Below, one piece after another: positions 30,014-40,266 of a DNA stretch of 64,000 nt. Positions within the stretch are counted from its first letter, which is position 1; every line of letters starts with the position of its first letter. Below the pieces are notes generated by a model. That model did not search any database and was not told the DNA's origin. It saw only the letters and a program-made list of their open reading frames with translations. The DNA is taken from contig CALXAD010000004.1 of assembly GCA_944386195.1 (NCBI GenBank), forward strand, positions 11,996-75,995, written 5' to 3'. Made by a program: the position numbers and the translations under genes. This stretch comes from an uncultured Clostridia bacterium. Its GTDB lineage: Bacteria; Bacillota; Clostridia; TANB77; CAG-508.

Positions 30014-32653
30014 GTGAAAAGTAATTTAAAGATAAAAGTGTTTTTGGCTTTATTGTTTTCTATTTTAGTAATATTTATATTTAATAATAAGTCAGAAGCA
30101 AGTGTAACTATTAATTCAAGAGACATTACACTATATGCTTTAAATCAAGAGGATAAAGAAAAATATAATATTCCAGATATACCAGCAGAATATCCTCAAA
30201 GCTTCCAGTTAGAAGTTTCAGGTTCAATGGTAGAGTTAGTATATCATGCTGATACTTCATCTGATGTAAAAATAACTGAAAAAGGATTAATAACTCCGAA
30301 GGAACATACAGTTCATGTTTTGCCAGATGATATATATTTAAATGAGTATGGATTTGGAAATAGTAAAGTATATGCAAGGGTTGATGGCGTTGAATATGAA
30401 ATAAATGTTGAAGTTATAGATTATGCAATAATTTATGCAGATTCAATAGTAAAAGAATATTTAGATCAAAATATAAAAAGTAATATGACAGAATTAGAAA
30501 AATTAGAAGTTATTACAAAATATGTTGCTAATCTTGACTATTCAGAAGAATACCAATCATATAAAGACATGGTATTATCAAAAAGTGGAGATTGTTGGGC
30601 AAGCTGTAATACAATAATTAGAATGTGTGAAATGGTTGGAATAAAAGCAGAAAATAGATATGCGGTAAATGATGTAGGAGCAGGTAGTGGTCATAGAAAT
30701 GTTATAGCATGTGTAGATGGTAAATATTATATTGCAGATGCAGGCTTTTCAGGTAAAGCACCAAGAGATTATGAAATTAGAGAAGAACCAGATGGATTAT
30801 GTTTTAAAACAAATACAGATGGAACACTTACTTTAATACAATATGATGCTTTTGATGAAAATGTTGTTATACCAAGTGAGTATAATGGAAAAAAGGTAAC
30901 TAAGATTGGAGAAAATTGTTTTTGGATACAAAATGAATATACAGATGTAAAAATAAAAAGTGTAGTATTACCAAATACAATTATTGAAATTGGAGAAAGT
31001 GCTTTTTCTAAATGTGAGGAATTAAGTAGTGTAAATATTCCAGCAAGTGTTACTATAATAGGGGCATCACCATTTAAAGCAAGTTATAATGTTAAAGTAA
31101 CAATGTCAGAAAACAATCAAAACTATAAAATAATGAATAACATTTTATATAATAAAGATGGAACAGTACTCATAGAAAGTATGGTAAATGAAGGAACAGT
31201 GACTATACCAAATGGAGTAAAAACTGTTGGTGCATATGCTTTTTCTGAAACTTTAGCAGAAAAAATAATTTTACCAGATTCTGTTACAAAAGTGGAAGAA
31301 TGTGCATTTTATAAATGTAGTAATTTAATTGATGTTACATTGCCAAATACTTTAACAGAATTATCAAGATTTCTATTTGCTGATACTAAAATAAGTAAGT
31401 TTACTATAGGAAGTAATGTTCAAAAAATTGGTGAATATGCATTTGGATATTGTTATGATTTAAAGACTATAGTAATTCCTAAAAATGTTAAAGATATAGA
31501 TAATGAAGCTTTTTACTATGCTTATATAGAAAATATAGTAATTGAAGATGGTTCAACTATAAGTATAGACAATGGTATATTTTATGACGACTATAGAATA
31601 AAAACTATAAGAATACCAACATCTATAACAAATATAGCAAATGGACAATTTAGGTATCCAGAAGATGTAACGATAATAACAAAAAATGGTTCAACAGCTG
31701 AACAATATGCTAAAAATAATAATATAAAATATATGTTAGAAGATTCAAAAATGTTAATTAATAATGCACATATTTTCATTCCGGAAGAAAATTATGGTTA
31801 TACAGGTAGTGAAATTAAACCAAACATTGAAGTATATTATGGAGGTACAAAATTAACAGAAGGGACAGACTATATCTGTAGTTATTCAGATGACTTAATT
31901 AATGTTGGTAAAAAAGAAGTAACGATTCAAGGAATTGGAAAATATGAAGGGACAAGTAGCTCTACATATAATATTGTAAAAGTAGAAGATAATTTTACAT
32001 TTAAATGTGATGATGTAGTATATGGAAACAGGTTTAAAGTAGAGATTTTAGAACATAGTACAGATGCTAATATAACATGGTATTTTAAAAAGCCGAATTC
32101 AAGTACTGGATTCTCAAATCCAACAGAAGCAGGAGTTTATCAATTAGTAATTTATTCATATGGAGCAAATTACATTGGTGTTACTAAAACTAAAGTAGTT
32201 CAAATATTAAAGGCAGATAATGAAATAGGAGTATCATGTAATAATGTAGTAAAAGGAAGTACACCAAATCCTGTGGTAGTTAATAATAAAGCAAAATCAA
32301 ATGTTACATATTATTATAAATTACAAGGTGCAAGTGATAATACATATACTCAAACAATTCCAACAAAATCAGGAAAATATGTAGTCAAAGCAGTAGCAGA
32401 AGAAACTAATAATTATAATGAAGGTGTTGCAACAGCTGAGTTTGAAATTATGGATTACATAAAAGGTGACATGGATAAAAATGGAGAATTAACAGCATAT
32501 GATGCATATTTAATAAACCTAATATATGAAGAAGGAAAAACACCAACAAGTGAAGAATTGCAAATTGGAGATATTGATGGAAATGGAGAACTAACAGCAT
32601 ATGATGCATTTAAAATAAATGTAGCTTATGAAAATGGAGAACTATTAGAATAA
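30014..32653 (+). CDS. Secreted dockerin protein: transglutaminase-like Cys-protease core, BspA-type LRRs, Ig/MBG-like domains, C-terminal dockerin
   Basis: GTG start after an AAAAGGGGG RBS; signal peptide. Cys-His-Asp pattern SGDCWASCN...GSGHRNV...ADAG. LRR_5-like repeats (IGESAFSKCEEL...). Dockerin at the end. Confidence 0.75.
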   Translation: MKSNLKIKVFLALLFSILVIFIFNNKSEASVTINSRDITLYALNQEDKEKYNIPDIPAEYPQSFQLEVSGSMVELVYHADTSSDVKITEKGLITPKEHTVHVLPDDIYLNEYGFGNSKVYARVDGVEYEINVEVIDYAIIYADSIVKEYLDQNIKSNMTELEKLEVITKYVANLDYSEEYQSYKDMVLSKSGDCWASCNTIIRMCEMVGIKAENRYAVNDVGAGSGHRNVIACVDGKYYIADAGFSGKAPRDYEIREEPDGLCFKTNTDGTLTLIQYDAFDENVVIPSEYNGKKVTKIGENCFWIQNEYTDVKIKSVVLPNTIIEIGESAFSKCEELSSVNIPASVTIIGASPFKASYNVKVTMSENNQNYKIMNNILYNKDGTVLIESMVNEGTVTIPNGVKTVGAYAFSETLAEKIILPDSVTKVEECAFYKCSNLIDVTLPNTLTELSRFLFADTKISKFTIGSNVQKIGEYAFGYCYDLKTIVIPKNVKDIDNEAFYYAYIENIVIEDGSTISIDNGIFYDDYRIKTIRIPTSITNIANGQFRYPEDVTIITKNGSTAEQYAKNNNIKYMLEDSKMLINNAHIFIPEENYGYTGSEIKPNIEVYYGGTKLTEGTDYICSYSDDLINVGKKEVTIQGIGKYEGTSSSTYNIVKVEDNFTFKCDDVVYGNRFKVEILEHSTDANITWYFKKPNSSTGFSNPTEAGVYQLVIYSYGANYIGVTKTKVVQILKADNEIGVSCNNVVKGSTPNPVVVNNKAKSNVTYYYKLQGASDNTYTQTIPTKSGKYVVKAVAEETNNYNEGVATAEFEIMDYIKGDMDKNGELTAYDAYLINLIYEEGKTPTSEELQIGDIDGNGELTAYDAFKINVAYENGELLE

Positions 32654-32689
32654 TTTATAAAATAAATTGAAATAAAGGGGGGAGATATA

Positions 32690-35353
32690 ATGAAAAATAA
32701 TTTAAAAATAAAAATGCTTTTTGTTTTAATGCTTTCTATTATATTAATATTTCTTTTTAAAGGTGAATCTAAGGCAAATGTGACAATTAATTCTACTGAT
32801 ATTAAGATTTATGCAATCAATCAAGAGGATAAAGAAAAATATAATATACCAGATATACCATCTAATTATCCACAAAGCTTCCAATTAAAAGTTTCTGGAA
32901 ATACTGGAAAACCAGAATTTTATAATGATCCATCTTTATATACAAAGCACTTAGATATAACAGATGATGGGTTGATAACTCCAAAAACGCATATAACTAC
33001 ATATACAGGTACTGATGGAACAGTAATTAAAACTGTATATGAATATGAATTTGGTACACATAAAGTTTATGCAAAAGTTGATGGCAAGGAATATGAGATA
33101 AATGTGGAAATTATAGATTATAAGACTATTTATGCTGATTCTATAGTAAAACAATATTTAGATCAAAATATAAAAGAAGGAATGACAGAACGAGAAAAAT
33201 TAGAAGTTGTTACAAAATATGTAGCAGGATTAGAATATTCAGTACAATATCAATCATATGAAGATATGGTATTATCAAAAAGTGGAGATTGTTGGGCTAG
33301 TTGTAATACAATAATTAGAATGTGTGATATGATTGGAATAAGAGCAGAGAATAGATCACCATTTAATGATGGAGGTATTGTAGGTAGTGGACATAGAAAT
33401 GTTATAGCATATGCTGATGGAAAGTATTATATTGTAGATGCAGGATATTCAGAACCAGCACCTAGATATTACAAAATTGTAGAAGAACCTGATGGACTTT
33501 GTTTTGGAACTAATAGTGATGGAACTCTTACTTTGAAACAATATGATGCATTTGATACAGATGTTGTTATTCCAAGTGAGTATAATGGAAGAAAAGTAAC
33601 CGCAATTGGAAGACAATGTTTCCAAATACAAAATTGGTTGTCAAATGTGAAAATAACAAGTGTAACATTACCAAATACAATTACAAAAATAGAAGAAGAA
33701 GCTTTTAGCAATTGTGAAGAACTAAAAAAAGTAAATATTCCTGAAAGTGTTAGTAGTATTGGTGGAGCATTATTTACAGGAAGTTATAATGTTCAAGTAT
33801 CAATGTCAAGCAACAATAGTAATTATTGTATAAAAGGCAATATTTTATATAATAAATCAGGTACAGAGCTTATAGAATGTATGGTAAATGAAGGGACAGT
33901 TAATGTACCTAATGGTGTAACATCAATTAAAGAATATGCCTTTTCCCAATGTTTAATGGAAAAAGTAGTAGTACCAAATTCAGTTACAAGTATAGGAGAT
34001 TATGCTTTTTATAAATGTGAAAATTTAAAAGAAGTTACATTACCAAATAATTTTACTAAATTACCACAATTTCTATTTTCACAAAGTAATATAGAAAAAT
34101 TTACCATTGGAGATAAAGTACAAGAAATAGGAGCATATTTACTTGCATATTGTCACTCTTTGCAAAATGTTGTAATTTCTAAAAATGTAACAACAACTGG
34201 AAACAATATCTTTAACTACTCTAGTGTAAAAACAATAACAATAGAAGATGGATCAAAATTAAAATTGACAAAAAATTCATTTTATTCGGCTAATCTTTTA
34301 GAAATGATTAGAATACCTGAATCTATAACGGAAATAGAAGATAATTTATTTTCTAATCCTGAAAAAGTAACTATTATAACCAAAAGTGGTTCAGCAGCTG
34401 AGAAATATGCAAAAGCTAATAATATAAATTATATATTAGAAGATTCAAAAACATCTATTAAAGTAGTATATATTTATAATCCTGAAAATGAATTTGATTA
34501 TAATGGCAAGCCAATAAAACCAAATACTGAAATATATTATGGCGGTGACAAATTAACAGAAGGAGTAGATTATATTACAACATATCCAAATGATATAACT
34601 AATGCAGGAGAAAAGGAAGTAACAATCACAGGAATTGGAAAATTTGAAGGTACAACAACATATACGTATAAAATAAAGCAAATTAAAGATGATTTTACAT
34701 TTACATGTCCAGATGTAGTGTATGGAAATCAATTTAAAATAGAAATAACAAGTCATGCATCTGGATCAACAATATTACATTATTTTAAAGATGAAAATGG
34801 ACATATGTATAGTAATCCTAAAAATGCAGGAAAATATGAATTATCAATATGGTCATATGGAACAAATAATTATATTGGAGTAACTAAATATAAAGAAGTT
34901 AATATATTAAAAGCAGATAATAATATAAAAGTACAATGTAATAATGTAACAATAGGTGGAACACCAAAACCAACAGTTAGTAATAATGTAGCAGGTGCTA
35001 ATGTTACATATTATTATAAATTAAAAAATGCAAGTGATAGTATATATACAAAAACAGTACCAACAAAAGTAGGAGATTATGTTGTAAAAGCAGTAGCAGA
35101 AGAAACTAAAAACTATAAAGAAGGAACAGCAACTGCAAATTTTTCAATTACAAATTATTTAAAAGGTGATATGGATAAAAACGGAGAAGTAACAGCATAT
35201 GATGCATATTTAGTAAACCTAATATATGAAGAGGGAAGAACACCTACAGATGAAGAACTACAAATTGGTGATATTGATGGAGACGGAGAATTAACAGCAT
35301 ATGATGCATTTAAAATAAATGTGGCATATGAAAATGGAACAAATATAGAGTAA
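32690..35353 (+). CDS. Tandem paralogue of 30014..32653 (transglutaminase-like core, BspA LRRs, Ig-like domains, dockerin)
   Basis: Colinear with the preceding protein along its whole length: SGDCWASCNTIIRMCDMIGI..., LRR_5 repeats, dockerin. Confidence 0.75.
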   Translation: MKNNLKIKMLFVLMLSIILIFLFKGESKANVTINSTDIKIYAINQEDKEKYNIPDIPSNYPQSFQLKVSGNTGKPEFYNDPSLYTKHLDITDDGLITPKTHITTYTGTDGTVIKTVYEYEFGTHKVYAKVDGKEYEINVEIIDYKTIYADSIVKQYLDQNIKEGMTEREKLEVVTKYVAGLEYSVQYQSYEDMVLSKSGDCWASCNTIIRMCDMIGIRAENRSPFNDGGIVGSGHRNVIAYADGKYYIVDAGYSEPAPRYYKIVEEPDGLCFGTNSDGTLTLKQYDAFDTDVVIPSEYNGRKVTAIGRQCFQIQNWLSNVKITSVTLPNTITKIEEEAFSNCEELKKVNIPESVSSIGGALFTGSYNVQVSMSSNNSNYCIKGNILYNKSGTELIECMVNEGTVNVPNGVTSIKEYAFSQCLMEKVVVPNSVTSIGDYAFYKCENLKEVTLPNNFTKLPQFLFSQSNIEKFTIGDKVQEIGAYLLAYCHSLQNVVISKNVTTTGNNIFNYSSVKTITIEDGSKLKLTKNSFYSANLLEMIRIPESITEIEDNLFSNPEKVTIITKSGSAAEKYAKANNINYILEDSKTSIKVVYIYNPENEFDYNGKPIKPNTEIYYGGDKLTEGVDYITTYPNDITNAGEKEVTITGIGKFEGTTTYTYKIKQIKDDFTFTCPDVVYGNQFKIEITSHASGSTILHYFKDENGHMYSNPKNAGKYELSIWSYGTNNYIGVTKYKEVNILKADNNIKVQCNNVTIGGTPKPTVSNNVAGANVTYYYKLKNASDSIYTKTVPTKVGDYVVKAVAEETKNYKEGTATANFSITNYLKGDMDKNGEVTAYDAYLVNLIYEEGRTPTDEELQIGDIDGDGELTAYDAFKINVAYENGTNIE

Positions 35354-35420
35354 AATAATATATTTAATAACTGTAAAAAGAACGAAAGGTAGAAAATTCT
35401 TTAATGAAAGTGAGTAAAAT

Positions 35421-38400
35421 ATGAAGAAAATAATATTTAAAATAAATAGTTTATTTATTCTAATAATTATTATATTAACAATGTCAAGTAATATATATGT
35501 AATTGCCAATAGTGATGTAAATATAACAAATGATGGATTAAAATATGAAATTGATGAAACAAAAAAAGAAGTAACAATTATTGATTTTGATGATAGTATT
35601 ACAAATTTAAATATTCCAGACAACATTGAAGGATATCCTGTTACAACTATAAAAAGCACGGCTTTTGAATATTCTAAATTAATTAAAGTAACAATACCAG
35701 GAACTGTCAAAAATATAGAATTTAGAGCCTTTGCAGGTAGTCAATTAGAAGAAGTAGAATTTCTAGATGGAGTAACAAGTATAGGAGAATCTGCTTTTGC
35801 AGGGTGTAATAAATTAACAAATGTTAAGTTACCGAATACTATTACTGAAATAAAACTATTAGCATTTTCTTTTTGTACCAGACTAAAAAAAATAGACATA
35901 CCAAAAAGTATCCAAGTTATCTATTCAGCATTTAATGAATCAGGAATTTCGGAAGTTTTTCTAGAAGATGGAATATTATCTATACCTCCATATGCATTTG
36001 AAGGTTGTAAAGATTTAATAAGTATAAAAATACCTGATAGTGTAACAAGTATAGGAGAATTTGCTTTTTCAAATTGTAATTCTTTAAGTAGCTTAGATAT
36101 ACCAAAAAGCGTAATAAACATAGATGACAATGCTTTTTATAATTGGAAGGATCAAGTTATCTATGTGTATCCTGGCTCATATGCAGAACAATGGGTAAAA
36201 GAAACAGATTTAAAATATAAAGAATATCCTATAAATTTATCACAATGTATTATTAATAAAATAGATGATAAAACTTATACTGGACATGAAATTGAACCAA
36301 AGATCGTTATTAAAGATGGAAATAAAAGACTAGAAGAAAATACTGATTATATTCTTACTTATAGCAATAATGTTGAAATAGGAACAGCGAATATAAATGT
36401 AACAGGAGTCGGAAATTACGAAGGAACAACAACGGTAACATTTAATATAGTAGAAGAAGATGTGGAGCCAGAAAAAATAAAAGGAACATATGGAAATTAT
36501 ACATATGAAGTTGTTGTAGAAACTGAAGAAATGACAATAACATCTGTGAATAAAAATGCTACATATGAGATGGTTCCAAGTATAATTGATGGATATATTG
36601 TAACTAATATAGGAAATAATGCTTTTTATAATTGTACAAGTTTACAACAAGTAGAACTACCTAATACGATAAAAACAATTGGCACAGGAGCATTCCAAAA
36701 GTGTTTAAATTTACAAAGTATAGTAATACCAGATAGTGTTGAAAGTATAGGTATGAAAGCTTTTTCAAATTGCAACAATTTAAAGACTGTAGAGTTAGGA
36801 AATGGCTTGACGAGTATACAAGCATATACATTTGATTATTGTCCTAATTTGCAAAATATAAATATTGGTAAAAATATAAAAAATATAGATATAGCAGCAT
36901 TTTCTGATTGCTCAAATTTAAAAACTATAACATTAGAAGATAATATAGAAACAATAGGTGCATGGGCATTTAGAAACTGTACTAGTTTAACTTCTTTATA
37001 TATACCAGAAAGCGTTTCTAGCATAGGTACAGAGGCTTTCTTAAACTGTAGTGGTTTGACAAAAATACAGGTTGATGAAAAAAATGTTAAATACAATTCA
37101 AAAGAAAATTGTAACGCTATTATTGATACGACTAATAATGAATTAATTTTAGGATGTATTAACTCTGTAATTCCAGACAATGTAACAAGCATAGGAATTA
37201 GTGCATTTTATAATTGTTCAAATTTAAAAAATATACAAATACCTGAAAAAGTGAATAATATAAAAAATAATGCATTTTATGGATGTATAGGATTGTTAAG
37301 TATTGAGTTACCTGATGGAGTAACAAATATAGGAGAGAATGCATTTTATGATTGTAGAAAATTAGAAAACATAAAAATGCCAAAGAGTTTAAAACAAATA
37401 GGGAAAATGGCTTTTCGTAATTGTCTAAGTTTAACAAGTATAGAGATACCTGAGGGAGTAACTAAAATTTACAATAGTGCTTTTGACAATTGTACAGGGC
37501 TTACATATATGAAAATTCCTGATACTGTAACATATATTGGTGAAAAAGCATTCTATAACTGTAATAATATAAAAAATATTGAATTATCAAATGAAATAAC
37601 TAGTATAGAACCTTATGCTTTCTGCGGCTGTAATAATTTATCATATATTGAAATACCAGACAAAGTAACCAAGATAGGAGATAATGCTTTTAGAGTATGT
37701 GGAAACTTATTAAATGTAGTAATTCCAGAAAGTGTAAAAGAAATAGGAAATGATGTGTTTGCCTATTCGAATGAAAACTTAACATTAACCGTTATTAGGG
37801 GATCATATGCACAGGAATATGCAATAAAAAATAATATAAAACATATAATAGATAGTAAAACTTTACACGAATATACGACTGACCTAGAAGATAAAACCAA
37901 AATATCTTTAATTGGTTTTACTGATCCAGAGGTAGAATTAAAAGTTAATATCATTGACAAATCAGATGAAGAATTTAAAAATATGATAAGTTCTATAACA
38001 AATTTTGATAAATACACAGTTTTAGGAGCTTATGATATAAGTTTAATAGGAGGAGATTATAGTGGAGAACTAAAAATTACATTTGATTTAAAAAATGAAT
38101 ATAGTGAAAGAAAAATTCAAATTTGGCATAAACTTAAAAACGGAGAAAATGAAATGTTTGAAGAAACAGCTGAAAACGGCAAAGTAACTATAACAGTAAA
38201 TGAATTATCTCCTTTCTTATTAACATATATTAGTGATACTGAAATTAAAGAATATAAGTTAGGAGACATGGACAAAAATGGAGAAATAACAGCATATGAT
38301 GCATATTTAGTAAACCTAATATATGAAGAGGGAAGAACACCTACAGATGAAGAACTACAAATTGGTGATATTGATGGAGACGGAGAATTAACAGCATATG

Positions 38401-38450
38401 ATGCATTTAAAATAAATGTAGCATATGAGAATGGAACAACATTAGATTAA
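35421..38450 (+). CDS. Secreted dockerin protein with two BspA-type LRR arrays and Ig-like domains
   Basis: Signal peptide. Many repeats of the IP.SVTSIG..AF..C..L type. C-terminal dockerin. Confidence 0.75.
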   Translation: MKKIIFKINSLFILIIIILTMSSNIYVIANSDVNITNDGLKYEIDETKKEVTIIDFDDSITNLNIPDNIEGYPVTTIKSTAFEYSKLIKVTIPGTVKNIEFRAFAGSQLEEVEFLDGVTSIGESAFAGCNKLTNVKLPNTITEIKLLAFSFCTRLKKIDIPKSIQVIYSAFNESGISEVFLEDGILSIPPYAFEGCKDLISIKIPDSVTSIGEFAFSNCNSLSSLDIPKSVINIDDNAFYNWKDQVIYVYPGSYAEQWVKETDLKYKEYPINLSQCIINKIDDKTYTGHEIEPKIVIKDGNKRLEENTDYILTYSNNVEIGTANINVTGVGNYEGTTTVTFNIVEEDVEPEKIKGTYGNYTYEVVVETEEMTITSVNKNATYEMVPSIIDGYIVTNIGNNAFYNCTSLQQVELPNTIKTIGTGAFQKCLNLQSIVIPDSVESIGMKAFSNCNNLKTVELGNGLTSIQAYTFDYCPNLQNINIGKNIKNIDIAAFSDCSNLKTITLEDNIETIGAWAFRNCTSLTSLYIPESVSSIGTEAFLNCSGLTKIQVDEKNVKYNSKENCNAIIDTTNNELILGCINSVIPDNVTSIGISAFYNCSNLKNIQIPEKVNNIKNNAFYGCIGLLSIELPDGVTNIGENAFYDCRKLENIKMPKSLKQIGKMAFRNCLSLTSIEIPEGVTKIYNSAFDNCTGLTYMKIPDTVTYIGEKAFYNCNNIKNIELSNEITSIEPYAFCGCNNLSYIEIPDKVTKIGDNAFRVCGNLLNVVIPESVKEIGNDVFAYSNENLTLTVIRGSYAQEYAIKNNIKHIIDSKTLHEYTTDLEDKTKISLIGFTDPEVELKVNIIDKSDEEFKNMISSITNFDKYTVLGAYDISLIGGDYSGELKITFDLKNEYSERKIQIWHKLKNGENEMFEETAENGKVTITVNELSPFLLTYISDTEIKEYKLGDMDKNGEITAYDAYLVNLIYEEGRTPTDEELQIGDIDGDGELTAYDAFKINVAYENGTTLD

Positions 38451-38479
38451 ATTTAAATTATAAGGAAAGGAAGAGTTTA

Positions 38480-40225
38480 ATGAAAAGGAAGATAGCTATT
38501 GTATTAATAATTGTGATACTAATTTTTAATATACTTTATGTATGTCAGTCTAGCGCCTTTTCTGCACAAGAATTCAAATCAAAAATAGATTCAATGATTG
38601 CAGAATATGATAATAAACCATTTGCTTCTTATTATAATTGTACTAATAAACCAACTTGTAACTGGGGAGGAGAAACATGTTTTGGATTTCAAATGTATGC
38701 TCTTAATAAACTTTTTGGTACATGCCAAAATTGTGGAGATTATATTAGAATGTATAATGGAGACTTTAACAGCATAAGTGATTTCAGAGTAGGGGATGTT
38801 ATGAGATATTATGAACCAGCTGGATATTGGGATCACTCATTTGTAATTATAGATGTAGAAGTACAAAATAACAGAGTAAAAATAATGGATGCAAATAGAA
38901 ATGGAAATAATTACGTATATCAAGGATACGTAGATTATGGAACATTAAAAAGTAGATTAAACACATCTCTTGTAAGTGAAGAATCAGCTGCATATGTGTT
39001 AAGAAAGCCAAATAATGATGTTATTACTATAAGTGGACCAAACTTTGGAGTAGATTTAGCAAATTTAGGAGATAATTTCACAGCAACAATGATATTTGAT
39101 AAAGGAACATCTGGGAATGCAGCAGTCATTTCAGGAAATGGTACAGCACTTGGAAGTAATGTAGAAATTTCAGTACAAAATGGAGCATGGAAACAAAATC
39201 AACTTTGGAAATTTGAAAGACAAGGTGATGGAAGTTATTATATAAAAAATCTTGAATCAAACTTATATCTAGATGTAGACAATGAAGAAACAGGAAATGG
39301 AACAAATATAAAATTATATAAATATAGTGCAAGTACAGCACAAAAGTGGTGTATAATTGCTGTTAAAGGTGGAGGCTATAGATTAATACCAAAACATTGT
39401 TATGACGCAAATTTAAAAAGAGGTTTAGATATAGATAATGGAGGAACAACTGCTGGTACAAATGTACATTTATGGGAATTTTTAGGAAATGCAGACGAAA
39501 ATACAGGAAACCAAGTAATAGATATACAAAAAACATTTTATTGTGAAGTTGAGAATTTAGGAGAAAAATTTACGGCAGCAATGATATATGATAAAGGGAC
39601 TTCTGGAAATGCAGCAGTTATTTCAGCAAATGGAACAAAAAAAGGAAGTAATGTAGAAATATCAAAACAAAATGGAACTTTAAAACAAAATCAACTTTGG
39701 AAGTTTGAAAGACAAAGTGATGGCAGTTACTATATAAAGAATGCTGAATCAGATTTATATTTAGATGTTGATAATGAAGAGACTTCAAATGATACAAATA
39801 TAAAAGTGTGGGAATACAGCAAATCTACAGCGCAAAAATGGTATATAGTAAAAGTAAAAGATAGATATAGATTAATACCAAAACATTGTTATGATAGTGG
39901 AGTAAGAAGTTGTTTAGATATAGATGCAGGCGGAACAAGTGCAGGTACAAATGTACATTTATGGGAGTTTTTAGGTGAACCAAATGATTATGGAGCTACA
40001 CAAGTTGTATATATTGAAAAACAAGAATATAAATTAGGAGATATGGATAAAAATAAAGAAATAACACCATATGATGCTTTCTTAGTTAATGTGATTTATG
40101 AAGAGGGAAGAACGCCAACAAATGAAGAATTGCAAATAGGTGATATTGATAGAAATGGAGAATTAACAGCATATGATGCATATTTAATTAATTTGGCATA
40201 TGAGAATGGAACAGAGTTAGAATAA
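38480..40225 (+). CDS. Secreted dockerin protein: NlpC/P60- or CHAP-like papain-fold domain plus two ricin-type beta-trefoil lectin domains
   Basis: Cys/His pattern GGETCFGFQMYAL...GDVMRYY...WDHSFVIID. Repeated QxW motifs (QLWKFERQ, QKWCII, QKWYIV). C-terminal dockerin. Confidence 0.65.
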   Translation: MKRKIAIVLIIVILIFNILYVCQSSAFSAQEFKSKIDSMIAEYDNKPFASYYNCTNKPTCNWGGETCFGFQMYALNKLFGTCQNCGDYIRMYNGDFNSISDFRVGDVMRYYEPAGYWDHSFVIIDVEVQNNRVKIMDANRNGNNYVYQGYVDYGTLKSRLNTSLVSEESAAYVLRKPNNDVITISGPNFGVDLANLGDNFTATMIFDKGTSGNAAVISGNGTALGSNVEISVQNGAWKQNQLWKFERQGDGSYYIKNLESNLYLDVDNEETGNGTNIKLYKYSASTAQKWCIIAVKGGGYRLIPKHCYDANLKRGLDIDNGGTTAGTNVHLWEFLGNADENTGNQVIDIQKTFYCEVENLGEKFTAAMIYDKGTSGNAAVISANGTKKGSNVEISKQNGTLKQNQLWKFERQSDGSYYIKNAESDLYLDVDNEETSNDTNIKVWEYSKSTAQKWYIVKVKDRYRLIPKHCYDSGVRSCLDIDAGGTSAGTNVHLWEFLGEPNDYGATQVVYIEKQEYKLGDMDKNKEITPYDAFLVNVIYEEGRTPTNEELQIGDIDRNGELTAYDAYLINLAYENGTELE

Positions 40226-40266
40226 GTTTATTATAAAAATATATAAATTAAGGAGGGAGTAATTAA

